A stretch of DNA of 45,514 nucleotides from Minisyncoccota bacterium (GTDB taxonomy: Bacteria; Patescibacteriota; Minisyncoccia; Phycocordibacterales; UBA9973). Each line of letters begins with the position of its first letter. Positions within the stretch are counted from its first letter, which is position 1. Location of the stretch: the NCBI GenBank assembly GCA_043746875.1, contig JAYTQE010000033.1:1-45514 (forward strand). The letters are read 5' to 3'. A model generated the notes under the pieces. That model saw nothing but the letters and a program-made list of their open reading frames with translations, had not been told where the DNA came from and did no database searches. Below are positions 26,555 through 35,891 of this stretch, piece after piece. A program made the position numbers and the translations under genes.

Positions 26555-26639
26555 ATTTTAATTTAGTTAGTAGTAAGTAGAAGCAAACTGCGTAACGGTC
26601 TAGATTATACTAATATAGAAATATTTGTAAAGTTTTAAA

Positions 26640-27191
26640 TTATAATTTCTTAATTTGTAAGAAATCAAGCTCTACTGGAGTTTCTCTACCAAATAATGAA
26701 ACAAAAACCTTAATTTTCCCACGATCTTGATCTATTTCTGAAACACGACCTTCAAGTTCTTTGAATGGGCCATCATTTATAATGATAGTTTCACCTATCT
26801 CCAAGTCAATTGTATGTTTTGTTGCTTCATCTGAAGAAGACATACTACCTAATAGATAGTCAACCTCTTTTGAGGTCAACGGAACAGGAACAACACCTGA
26901 ACCAACAAATCCTGTTACCCTTGGTGTATTGCGGACAACATACCAAGAATCTTCATCTACTATCATCTCAACAATAATGTATCCTGGATAAATCTTCTCT
27001 TCAACTTCAACTCTTTTACCTCCTTTAATTTTTATTTTCTTCTCAATAGGAACAACTACGTTAAAAATTTTGTCTTGCATTCCTAAGCTGTCTATTCTTT
27101 GACGAAGATTTCTAAGAACTGCATTTTCATAACCAGAATATGTATGTATTGCGTACCAATGTCTTTCTCCTGTATGTTCTTGTTTTGACAT
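26640..27191 (-). CDS. nusG: Transcription termination/antitermination factor NusG
   Basis: WYAIHTYSGYENAV (NGN domain) and a C-terminal KOW (GPFKELEGRVSEID). Sits in secE-nusG-rplK order. Confidence 0.93.
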   Translation of the reverse strand: MSKQEHTGERHWYAIHTYSGYENAVLRNLRQRIDSLGMQDKIFNVVVPIEKKIKIKGGKRVEVEEKIYPGYIIVEMIVDEDSWYVVRNTPRVTGFVGSGVVPVPLTSKEVDYLLGSMSSSDEATKHTIDLEIGETIIINDGPFKELEGRVSEIDQDRGKIKVFVSLFGRETPVELDFLQIKKL

Positions 27192-27206
27192 ATTTTTATA
27201 TAAAAA

Positions 27207-27389
27207 TTATTTAATAATAGCTGTTTTTAGAAGTTCATTAAAAATGATATCAAAACCATATAGTGTATAACCCAATCCTGCAGAAAAAAGAATTATTGCT
27301 ATTGTATAAATAATAGATCTACGTCTTGTAGGCCAAGTTACATATTTCATTTCTGTTTTTGTTTCTTTTAAAAATTGTATTATTTTCAT
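27207..27389 (-). CDS. secE: Preprotein translocase subunit SecE
   Basis: 60 aa with FLKETKTEMKYVTWPTRRR followed by a single TM. Immediately upstream of nusG. Confidence 0.85.
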   Translation of the reverse strand: MKIIQFLKETKTEMKYVTWPTRRRSIIYTIAIILFSAGLGYTLYGFDIIFNELLKTAIIK

Positions 27390-27435
27390 ATTATTTTTCC
27401 CTTACTAAAAAACACCCCTTGGGCATTACAAAAAC

Positions 27436-27464
27436 ATCATACATCAAAGGGTATTCTTAGTCAA
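27436..27464 (-). promoter_or_regulatory. Candidate promoter of secE-nusG-rplK
   Basis: TTGACT (27464..27459), a 17-nt spacer, then TATGAT (27441..27436) on the minus strand. Confidence 0.5.
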
Positions 27465-27478
27465 ATTAAGATATATTT

Positions 27479-28282
27479 TTATCTTATTTCATAAACTAGT
27501 GTTACGCTAGCTTTTATATTTTGATCTCCTATTGGGAGGCTAACTTGGGAACCAGAATCTTCTGTTTTCATCATATTTGTATACATTGGTGTTGGGTATC
27601 CTCCTGTATTTTCACTAAAAGAAACAATTCTTATAAGATTAACATCTAAAGATTTTGATAATTTCTCTGCTTCAATTTTTGCATCTGCTATTGCTAAATC
27701 ACGAGCTTCTCGGAAAATAGCCTTATCATCTTCAAAACCAAAACTTGGTCCATTCATATCTGTAACACCCACCCTACCTAGTATTTCTAAAATATTTTCA
27801 ATTTTTGATAAATCTTTGATACTAACAGTAAGCATATGGCTGACTTCATAACCTCGAAGTTTTGGGGTATTTGGTTGACAATATCCATTCATACAAATAT
27901 TTTGAACATAATCGTATTGAGGATGTGAATTATAAGAATCAGTTTTTATATATTTCTCCTCAATTCCAGAGTTAATTAATTCTTTTTTTATACTATCAAT
28001 CTTTTGACTGACATTACTTTGAGCTGTTGCCATATCTTTGTTTTCATTTTTTATAGAAAATGAAATTTTGGCTGTGTCTGGGGCTCTTTCAATTTTTCCT
28101 GTACCTGAAACACTGATTGTATTTGTTGGATTAATTCCAGAACCAACAAATTTGTATTCTCTTAGTTTTATAAATGTTGATACTAATAAAAATGATCCTA
28201 GGAAGAATCCGACAAAAATAATTAACTTATTATATTTTTCTATAAAATTTTGCATATCTATATTATAGCAAATATAAAACAA
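27479..28282 (-). CDS. SIMPL (DUF541) domain protein, membrane-anchored
   Basis: ISVSGTGKIERAPDTAKISFSI and the C-terminal beta-strand pattern of SIMPL proteins. An alternative start is Met10 (28255). Confidence 0.8.
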   Translation of the reverse strand: MFYICYNIDMQNFIEKYNKLIIFVGFFLGSFLLVSTFIKLREYKFVGSGINPTNTISVSGTGKIERAPDTAKISFSIKNENKDMATAQSNVSQKIDSIKKELINSGIEEKYIKTDSYNSHPQYDYVQNICMNGYCQPNTPKLRGYEVSHMLTVSIKDLSKIENILEILGRVGVTDMNGPSFGFEDDKAIFREARDLAIADAKIEAEKLSKSLDVNLIRIVSFSENTGGYPTPMYTNMMKTEDSGSQVSLPIGDQNIKASVTLVYEIR

Positions 28283-28287
28283 TTATA

Positions 28288-28968
28288 TTATTTATAATTT
28301 AAAGTATCTGAAATTATAATACCGTCACTTAATTCCAGTATCCTATCTGATAAGGCTGCGTACTCTGGCTCATGAGTTACCATTATAATAGTTTGCCCAT
28401 CTTTGTTTAATTCTAAAAACGTATCTAGTACTGAATTAGCTGTTTCTGAATCTAAGTTTGCAGTTGGTTCATCAGCAAAAATTATCTTTGGATCATGACC
28501 AATAGCTCGAGCAATAGAAACTCTTTGTTGTTGCCCTCCTGAAAGCTCAGAAGGTGTATAGTCTGCTCTATCTCCTAGCCCAACTCTTTCTAATGCTTTT
28601 CTAGCTTTTAATCTTGCCTCAGTTTCACTTAATCCTTGCATTAAAAGAGGTACCATTACATTTTCTATTGCTGTTAGGGTTGGAAGAATTGCATAATCCT
28701 GGAAAATATAACCAAGGGTATGTAGCCTCATATTTGTTCTAGTGTTTTCTGATAAAGAAACAGCCTCTATGCCATTGATGTATATTTGACCCTTTGTTGG
28801 GTAATCTAATAAGCCTAGTTGATATAAAAGTGTTGATTTTCCAGATCCAGATCTTCCAGTAATAGACAAAAATTGTCCTTCGGGTACATCAAAGGATACA
28901 TTTTCAACTGCATGTATTTCTGAATCTCCACTTTTGAATGTTTTAAATAAGTTTTTAACTTGAATCAT
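28288..28968 (-). CDS. ABC transporter ATP-binding protein (MacB/LolD-type)
   Basis: Walker A GRSGSGKST, signature LSGGQQQRVSIARA, Walker B IIFADEPT. Confidence 0.92.
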   Translation of the reverse strand: MIQVKNLFKTFKSGDSEIHAVENVSFDVPEGQFLSITGRSGSGKSTLLYQLGLLDYPTKGQIYINGIEAVSLSENTRTNMRLHTLGYIFQDYAILPTLTAIENVMVPLLMQGLSETEARLKARKALERVGLGDRADYTPSELSGGQQQRVSIARAIGHDPKIIFADEPTANLDSETANSVLDTFLELNKDGQTIIMVTHEPEYAALSDRILELSDGIIISDTLNYK

Positions 28969-28983
28969 AAAAATTTTTATATA

Positions 28984-30261
28984 TTACCTACCTAGTATCG
29001 CGGATAATGTATTTTGTTTGATAACAATTCTAGCTGGTATATATCCGGCAATAATCGTTGATAATAAAAGAATAAATGTTCTTTTTATTGTACCCCTAAT
29101 TGTTGCAACAAGTATTCCATCTGAAAATGGAAAATTAATTGGGTGGGCAACAAATAAAGGTTTCAAGAAAGCAAAAACAACAAATATACCTAATAATGAA
29201 CCTATCAATGCGTAAAATATAGATTGAACAATATAAGATATTGCTATTGCTCTTGGTGTAATACCAATACCCTTAAGTATTCCAATAAATCTTCTACGAG
29301 TAATAGCATTAACAAAAATAACTATAAAAATAGTAATAGCGGCAACAACTAAACCAATAGAACTTATAGCATTTCCCAAAATACCAAAAGTAGCTTTTAT
29401 GTCTTGAAGAAATTTGGGTTGAGCTTCTGTAGAGTTTTGAACCCTAGCATATTTATCTATTCCTGCAGATTCAAGAGCTTTCTGAGCATTAGAAGGATCT
29501 GCTCCATTTAATAATGTTATTGCTATTTCATTTACATTATAACTACTACTACCTAATAATTTTCTAAGTTCAGTATCTAGCATGAAAACTCTGGCATCTA
29601 CTTCATTAACCTTGCCTTTCAAAACTCCTTTTACTATATATTCTTTTTGAACATCTCCAATTTTTAATAAAATTTTTGATCCGGAACTTACATTTTTAAG
29701 TGCAGAAAAACCCGGAAATTCTATAGGTGTGTATTTAAACAACAAACTATTACCAACTAAGATACTATTTGTATCACCTTCATTTAAATACTGACCTTCA
29801 ATAACAAGACTTCCTAATTTTGTAACTGAATCTTCCATTTTAGGATTTATTCCAACAAGTGCAGCGCCTACAGAATTTGGTTTTTCATTTTTTAATAATG
29901 TAGATCGATAGTCTGCAATAATCTGACCAGTGCCTGTATATCTTGCAGTATAACTCTTAAGATCTGGAAGATTTTTAATAGTATTTATTACCTCAGTACT
30001 TTGCTCAATATATTCACGATTAAGTGATGAACTAATAAAAACGTCTCCTGTATTATATGTTTTATTTGCCTCTACTGATCCTTCTATTAACCCTACCAAT
30101 ATTCCACTAACAACAACTAGATTAAGAAAAGTTAAAAGCATCACAAAAACAATAAGAGATGTCGTCCAAAGACTAGCTCTTTTAAGTTCTCTTTTGGCTA
30201 AAAACATTCCTACAGATATATCAAGATTTAATTTTTTCCAAAAAGATATTTTTTCAGGCAT
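28984..30261 (-). CDS. ABC transporter permease, FtsX/MacB-like
   Basis: An N-terminal TM, a large extracytoplasmic domain and a C-terminal FtsX-type 3-TM bundle. Adjacent to the ATPase gene. Confidence 0.85.
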   Translation of the reverse strand: MPEKISFWKKLNLDISVGMFLAKRELKRASLWTTSLIVFVMLLTFLNLVVVSGILVGLIEGSVEANKTYNTGDVFISSSLNREYIEQSTEVINTIKNLPDLKSYTARYTGTGQIIADYRSTLLKNEKPNSVGAALVGINPKMEDSVTKLGSLVIEGQYLNEGDTNSILVGNSLLFKYTPIEFPGFSALKNVSSGSKILLKIGDVQKEYIVKGVLKGKVNEVDARVFMLDTELRKLLGSSSYNVNEIAITLLNGADPSNAQKALESAGIDKYARVQNSTEAQPKFLQDIKATFGILGNAISSIGLVVAAITIFIVIFVNAITRRRFIGILKGIGITPRAIAISYIVQSIFYALIGSLLGIFVVFAFLKPLFVAHPINFPFSDGILVATIRGTIKRTFILLLSTIIAGYIPARIVIKQNTLSAILGR

Positions 30262-30262
30262 A

Positions 30263-31816
30263 TTATTTTGAAATAGGGACCCAGAGAACCTTTTGTCCTT
30301 CTATTAGTCCATCTTTTACCTCAATAAGATCTCCATCACCTCTAATTCCTAGGTATACTTGCTTAGTTTCTGTTTTATTGTTTTTGCCGACAATTAAAGA
30401 TACTGTATTTATTCCATCTTTTGTATTTACTACTCTTCCTGGTACAACAATAGCTTCTTGGACCTGATTTATTATTACAGTCATATTTGCAGTCATTCCT
30501 GGTTTTATATCTTTAGTATCACTTAGCAGTGCTTTTATTTTATAATTAACTACGTTATTTAAAATTGTAGCAGCAGGATCTATTGATGAAATTACTGCTC
30601 TATACTGATCATTACTAAACGCATCAAAAGTAACTGTGACTTGTTGACCCACGGCAACACTTTTAATGTTACTTTCATTTATACTTGCTTCTAAATAAAG
30701 ATTAGAAATATCTTGAAGACCAATAGCTTTTTTATTTGTTTGTGTTAATTCTCCTACTTTAATATCAACACTTGTTATGGTTCCATCAGCTGGAGCTCTC
30801 AGTATTGTTTTTTCTAAATTTGCATTTGCTTGATCAAGAATTGCTTGAGCAGTTATTACCTCAGCCAAAGCAGCATCAACATCTGGTTGTCTGGCTGTAG
30901 CTCTTTTTAAATTAAGTTCAGCACTTGCTTGATTAACTTTTGCTTGTGCACTATCTACCGCTTGATCTCTATTATTTTGAGCTGTAACAAAATTATTTAA
31001 ATTTGTAGCATATGAGTTTGAAGAAGTGCTTGGAATTTTAACCACCCAAGAGCCTCCTGAGTTAATTATTGTGTCTGATGAAAAAACAATAAAAAGACCT
31101 TTTGTTCCAAGTGCTTGGGGAGAGTTTTTACTAGCCTTAACAGTACCAGACTCTATTCCACTATAAGAAATGTAGCTATTGTCATTACCTGAAAAATTTA
31201 ATGTTAAAGAATATTGTCCCTCATCTCCTTTATAAATACCAGATATATTTGGAGCATTTGTACTTTGCTGAGATGATGATTCTGCAACAAGACCACTACT
31301 ATTTAAAATTCTTCTTGAATTTTCTACTAAACCATCTTGTACTTTTTTTATATTTATTAAATCAATTTTAGAATTTTCAAATAAAACTTTTGCTAAAGAA
31401 ATTTCCTCATTTGAAGATCCTTCTATTACTTTTTTATATCTTGCTTGAGCAGAAAGTAGTCCTCCCTTAGCAGAGGCAACAGAAGCCCATTCATTATTAT
31501 TTGAAAGTGTCGCTAGGATAGTATTTTTTGTAACTTTTTGACCAACAAAAACCCTAACTGAGTTAACAATTTTACTTTGTTCAAAACTTAAATTTAAATC
31601 AGTAGAACTAATAACTGAACCACTAGCTGAAACACTTTGGGTTAATGTTTGTTTTTTTACTGTTTCAACCAGTCCTGAACTATTTTGATTGTTATTTTTA
31701 AAAATAAAAAATAATAAAAAAATAATTAAAATTCCAAAAAAGATTTTTGTCTTTTTAGATCTAAAACTCCACCATATCTTAATTTGTGATATGAATTTAA
31801 AAAATTTTACTTTCAT
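30263..31816 (-). CDS. HlyD/MacA-family membrane-fusion (periplasmic adaptor) protein with an insert in the coiled-coil hairpin
   Basis: An N-terminal TM, lipoyl-like halves (ILATL...ILRAPADGTITSV), two long Ala/Gln-rich helices and a beta-barrel C-terminus. Confidence 0.75.
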   Translation of the reverse strand: MKVKFFKFISQIKIWWSFRSKKTKIFFGILIIFLLFFIFKNNNQNSSGLVETVKKQTLTQSVSASGSVISSTDLNLSFEQSKIVNSVRVFVGQKVTKNTILATLSNNNEWASVASAKGGLLSAQARYKKVIEGSSNEEISLAKVLFENSKIDLINIKKVQDGLVENSRRILNSSGLVAESSSQQSTNAPNISGIYKGDEGQYSLTLNFSGNDNSYISYSGIESGTVKASKNSPQALGTKGLFIVFSSDTIINSGGSWVVKIPSTSSNSYATNLNNFVTAQNNRDQAVDSAQAKVNQASAELNLKRATARQPDVDAALAEVITAQAILDQANANLEKTILRAPADGTITSVDIKVGELTQTNKKAIGLQDISNLYLEASINESNIKSVAVGQQVTVTFDAFSNDQYRAVISSIDPAATILNNVVNYKIKALLSDTKDIKPGMTANMTVIINQVQEAIVVPGRVVNTKDGINTVSLIVGKNNKTETKQVYLGIRGDGDLIEVKDGLIEGQKVLWVPISK

Positions 31817-31818
31817 AT

Positions 31819-32334
31819 CTATCTAATAGAAAGTAGTGTTACCTCAAAAATCAAAGTTGCATTTGCTGGTATAACAGGAGGGTAACCATTAGGACCATAA
31901 CCCATTTCTGGTGGAATTGTTAACATTCTAACTTCTCCAACTTTCATACCCAAAACTCCTTCATCCCAACCTTTTATAACTTGTCCTGCCCCTAAAGAAA
32001 AAGAAAATCCTGAATCTCCGTGCTTCTTACTAGCATCAAAAACAGATCCGTCCTCTAATTTCCCTACATAATCAACAACAGCAGTTTTACCATTTATTAT
32101 TTCTTCTCCTGTGCCTTCTTTTACTATTTCTATTTTCATACCATTTTTTATAATTATTTTATTATTTGATAATGTCTGTTCTTCTGAGGTTTTAACAGTA
32201 GAAATTTCATCTTTTTTTTCATTTGAAATAGCCGGTGATAAATTACCTACATTTTCACTGGGATTATTTTTGATCCAAAAAAACAAAGCTAAAATTAATC
32301 CTACAATTAAAATTCCTGAAAAAATATACTTCAT
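31819..32334 (-). CDS. FKBP-type peptidyl-prolyl cis-trans isomerase, N-terminally anchored
   Basis: VDYVGKLEDGSVFD, VIKGWDEGVLGMKVGEVRMLTIPPEMGYG and LIFEVTLL. Confidence 0.9.
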   Translation of the reverse strand: MKYIFSGILIVGLILALFFWIKNNPSENVGNLSPAISNEKKDEISTVKTSEEQTLSNNKIIIKNGMKIEIVKEGTGEEIINGKTAVVDYVGKLEDGSVFDASKKHGDSGFSFSLGAGQVIKGWDEGVLGMKVGEVRMLTIPPEMGYGPNGYPPVIPANATLIFEVTLLSIR

Positions 32335-32353
32335 TTTGTTATTATAGCAAAAA

Positions 32354-34144
32354 TTACCTTATTTCAAAAGAATCATATTTATTAATCTCTTTAATTAATA
32401 AATCCCACCAAATAGTTACTTCTTTTTCTGTCAGATTTTTTTCAGAGGATTGGAAAATAAATCTATATCCAAGACTAACATTTCCATTTTTTGAAAATTC
32501 ATCAAATTTATAAGGTTTTTTAAAGCAGTATTTTTTTGCAAAAGATTCTAAAATTTCTATTAATTTATTTTTTAAATCTTCTTCTTTAACCCAAACTGAT
32601 AGGTCTCGAGTTATGTAAGGATAATTAGACCAGAGAATAAAAGGATCTGATTTCAATTGAGATCTATTAAAGCTTACAGAGTCTGAAGAAATATTATTTA
32701 TTTTTATATATTCATCGATAGGTAATTCTAAAACATTACCATCATCAATTGTAGCTACACGAATTTCTTCTCTTAATTTATCATCCATCAAGAAAAACAC
32801 TGTTCCAATTTCAAATATTTTTATTTTTTCTACTTCTAATAATAGGGTATTTTGTTTATTTTTATCATAACTTTCTTTGATTGCTGTTGATAAATTACAT
32901 CTCAAATAATTTTTATCTTTTGATCCATGAATTACACATATGTCCCCTTTTTTCTGAAAAGAGGATGTCATGACTTCACAGAATCCTTTGTTAATTAAAT
33001 AATTTTTAATACTAGAAATATTTTCAAAAATTTTATTTTTATTAATATCGAGGGAAAAAGGTAGTCCTAATGGTGTAATTTTTTCATAACCATTAACTCT
33101 TCCTATTTCTTCAGCTATATCATGTGCTCCGAGAATATCAGATCTGAAATATGGAACCTCTAAATTAAATACATCATTTTCAAAAGAATAGTTGTATTTA
33201 TATCTATCAAAAATGTCAGAGATTTCTTTGTTTGTTATTTTTCCTAAAATCCTTGCAATATCTTCAACTTTAAAAGTTATATTTTTTTGATGTTGTTGTT
33301 TTTTGTGATAATCCTTAACTCCAACAATTTCACCTCCAGCAATTTCTACTATCAGTGCTGTAGCATATTTAGCTGCAGCTAAAGCACCTTCTGGTGATAG
33401 ATTGTTTTCAAACCTTTTTGAGGCATCAGTTGTTAAGAAAAGATTTTGTGATGTTTTGCGAATATTTGATGGGTTAAAATTTGCAATTTCTAATACAATA
33501 TTTTTTGTATCATTACCTAATTCAGCTATTTTGCCACCTTTGATTCCGGCAATAGCTAAAGCTCCTAGATAGTCTGCTACGACAATAGTCTCATTATTTA
33601 GATTTTTATTTTCGTCAGATAATGTAATTATTTTTTCACCCTCATATGCTTCTCGAACTATAATACCTCCATCAATTTTATCAGCATCAAATACATGAAC
33701 TGGTTGCCCTAAATCTTGTAGTATGTAATTTGTAATATCAACTATATTGTTAATAGACCTTTGACCAATACTTTCAATTGATTTCTTTAGCCATTCCGGA
33801 GAAGGGCCAACTGAAACATTATTTATAGAAATAGTAATATACCTAGAACAATTATTTGATCTAATTTCAACAGGTAAAACTAAATCTACATTTGGTAAGT
33901 CTTTATTTTCTAATTTTTTGAGATTTAAATTAAGTAATCCAGAAATCTCTCTTGCCATACCGTAGTGCGACAAACAGTCACTAGCTCTGTCGGGTAAAAC
34001 CTTGATATCCATTATTGTATCTCCGTCGATTTCATTAAGGGATTCAACTTCAAAGGCATGGAAAATAATCACCTCTTGAAGTTCTTCTGGTTTAGGTAGT
34101 TTTTCTTCTATATGTTTTTGTATCCAATTATAAGAATATTTCAT
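32354..34144 (-). CDS. pheT: Phenylalanyl-tRNA synthetase beta subunit, lacking the OB (B2) tRNA-binding domain
   Basis: An MKYSYNWIQKHI start, B3/4, B5, B6/7 and a C-terminal FDX-ACB-like end. 596 aa against ~790 aa for typical bacterial PheT. Confidence 0.9.
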   Translation of the reverse strand: MKYSYNWIQKHIEEKLPKPEELQEVIIFHAFEVESLNEIDGDTIMDIKVLPDRASDCLSHYGMAREISGLLNLNLKKLENKDLPNVDLVLPVEIRSNNCSRYITISINNVSVGPSPEWLKKSIESIGQRSINNIVDITNYILQDLGQPVHVFDADKIDGGIIVREAYEGEKIITLSDENKNLNNETIVVADYLGALAIAGIKGGKIAELGNDTKNIVLEIANFNPSNIRKTSQNLFLTTDASKRFENNLSPEGALAAAKYATALIVEIAGGEIVGVKDYHKKQQHQKNITFKVEDIARILGKITNKEISDIFDRYKYNYSFENDVFNLEVPYFRSDILGAHDIAEEIGRVNGYEKITPLGLPFSLDINKNKIFENISSIKNYLINKGFCEVMTSSFQKKGDICVIHGSKDKNYLRCNLSTAIKESYDKNKQNTLLLEVEKIKIFEIGTVFFLMDDKLREEIRVATIDDGNVLELPIDEYIKINNISSDSVSFNRSQLKSDPFILWSNYPYITRDLSVWVKEEDLKNKLIEILESFAKKYCFKKPYKFDEFSKNGNVSLGYRFIFQSSEKNLTEKEVTIWWDLLIKEINKYDSFEIR

Positions 34145-34159
34145 AATGATTTCATCAAA

Positions 34160-34849
34160 TTACCACTGATTCAACCTTAGGTCTCCTTGATAAGAAAGTC
34201 TTACATCTGAAATTTGATATTTAATCATCATTACTCTATCAATACCTATACCAAATGCAAAACCAGTTACTTTTTTTGAATCATAATCTACCGATTTAAA
34301 CACATCTGGATGAACCATCCCGGCCCCGCCTATTTCAAGCCATTTTTCTCCAACCTTAGCATCAACTTCAAATCCAGGCTCGACAAATGGGAAGAAACTT
34401 GGACGAAGACGAATTTCTGTATTTTCACCAAATAATTCTTTGAAAAAAGAAAGCAGTACCCCTTTCATATGTTCAAAGGTGATATTATCTCCAACAACAA
34501 GTCCTTCTACTTGATTAAACTGAACCTCATGTGTTGAGTCGGTTGCTTCGTTTCGAAAAACCTTACCCGGGGCGATTATTGCAAACGGTGGTTTGTTTTT
34601 TTCCATATAACGAATTTGTACAGGAGAAGTATGTGTTCTCATAACATATCCTGGGTGCTCCTTAATCCAAAATGTATCTTGCATATCGCGAGCTGGATGA
34701 TCTTTTGGTATATTCAAAGCATCGAAATTATGATATTCATCTTCAAGTTCAGGACCAAGCTCTATAGAAAAACCTTGTTTGGCAAGAATGGATACAATTT
34801 CATCTGTAATTATTGATAGCGGGTGCAATGACCCCTTAATTATCTCCAT
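34160..34849 (-). CDS. pheS: Phenylalanyl-tRNA synthetase alpha subunit, catalytic core only
   Basis: HPLS...HPARDMQDTFW, FRNEATDSTHEVQFNQVEG and GFAFGIGIDRV class II motifs. The N-terminal coiled coil is absent (229 aa). Confidence 0.92.
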   Translation of the reverse strand: MEIIKGSLHPLSIITDEIVSILAKQGFSIELGPELEDEYHNFDALNIPKDHPARDMQDTFWIKEHPGYVMRTHTSPVQIRYMEKNKPPFAIIAPGKVFRNEATDSTHEVQFNQVEGLVVGDNITFEHMKGVLLSFFKELFGENTEIRLRPSFFPFVEPGFEVDAKVGEKWLEIGGAGMVHPDVFKSVDYDSKKVTGFAFGIGIDRVMMIKYQISDVRLSYQGDLRLNQW

Positions 34850-34886
34850 CAGAAAACTATACCTAAAATAAAATCTTTTTACAATT

Positions 34887-35831
34887 TTACCTGAGAAAAA
34901 ATTTAATTTTTTTGATTATATTAGTAAAAAAAGATCTAGATGTTTTTTGGCAACCTTTTGGGCAATAATTAATACCTTTAGTTTCAATTTGTTTCTTTTG
35001 ACATTTTTGACAAATTATAAATTGTCCATTACACCTTTCATTTCGGCAATCAACCATATTTTCTGATTTTTCTTCACAATTTTCACACTTGCCAATAATT
35101 ACATGTTTTGGGTCATCTGTATAAAAACCGATAGCAACACGACCATCGAAAACATATAATTTCCCTTCAAAATCTTCGTTAGGATATAGTTCCATATATG
35201 AAACTATTCCACCACTTAATTGATATACATCAGTGAAACCTTGCTTTATTAAGTATCCACTTGCCTTCTCGCAACGTACTCCTCCTGTACATACTGTTAA
35301 GACTGTTTTATTTTTTAAGTGCTTCAAATCTTTTGTAATTTTGGGTAGGTCTCGAAAATTATTCATTGGAGGAGTAAGGGATCCTGCAAATTTACCTATA
35401 GCATGTTCGTATGCATTGCGCATATCTACAATATAAAATTCTCTACCTTCAGAAATCCAACTGTGCAACTCTTCTGGCTCTAAATGCTTTCCTGTAACTT
35501 CATTTGGATCAATATCACAAGTTCCAAGATGTGCCGATACAAGTTCCGACCTAACCTTTACTGATAATTTTGGAAAAGCATTACCCGTACCTACACTTCT
35601 TTTATAGTGAATATTATGAAACCTTACGTCTGTTTCTAAAAGCTTAATAAATGTCTCAGTATTATGAGTTAATCCTTCAAGGGTAATATTTAATCCTTCT
35701 TTTGACACTATTAATCTTCCTTTAAGTCCATATTCTTGGCAGACATCAAAAAGCCAGTCTCTTACATTTTGAGGTTCATCTATATATACATATTTATAAA
35801 ATAATAGTATTTGATAGTTCTCCATAAACAT
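34887..35831 (-). CDS. trhO: Rhodanese-domain protein of the UPF0176/TrhO (tRNA U34 hydroxylase) family
   Basis: ILLFYKY N-terminal ACP-like domain, a rhodanese loop CTGGVRCEKASGYL and a Cys-rich C-terminus. Confidence 0.75.
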   Translation of the reverse strand: MFMENYQILLFYKYVYIDEPQNVRDWLFDVCQEYGLKGRLIVSKEGLNITLEGLTHNTETFIKLLETDVRFHNIHYKRSVGTGNAFPKLSVKVRSELVSAHLGTCDIDPNEVTGKHLEPEELHSWISEGREFYIVDMRNAYEHAIGKFAGSLTPPMNNFRDLPKITKDLKHLKNKTVLTVCTGGVRCEKASGYLIKQGFTDVYQLSGGIVSYMELYPNEDFEGKLYVFDGRVAIGFYTDDPKHVIIGKCENCEEKSENMVDCRNERCNGQFIICQKCQKKQIETKGINYCPKGCQKTSRSFFTNIIKKIKFFLR

Positions 35832-35891
35832 TATCTTATTTGTCTTTATCCATTAGGTCAAGATTTAATAATTAAGATTGAATTTTATTTA

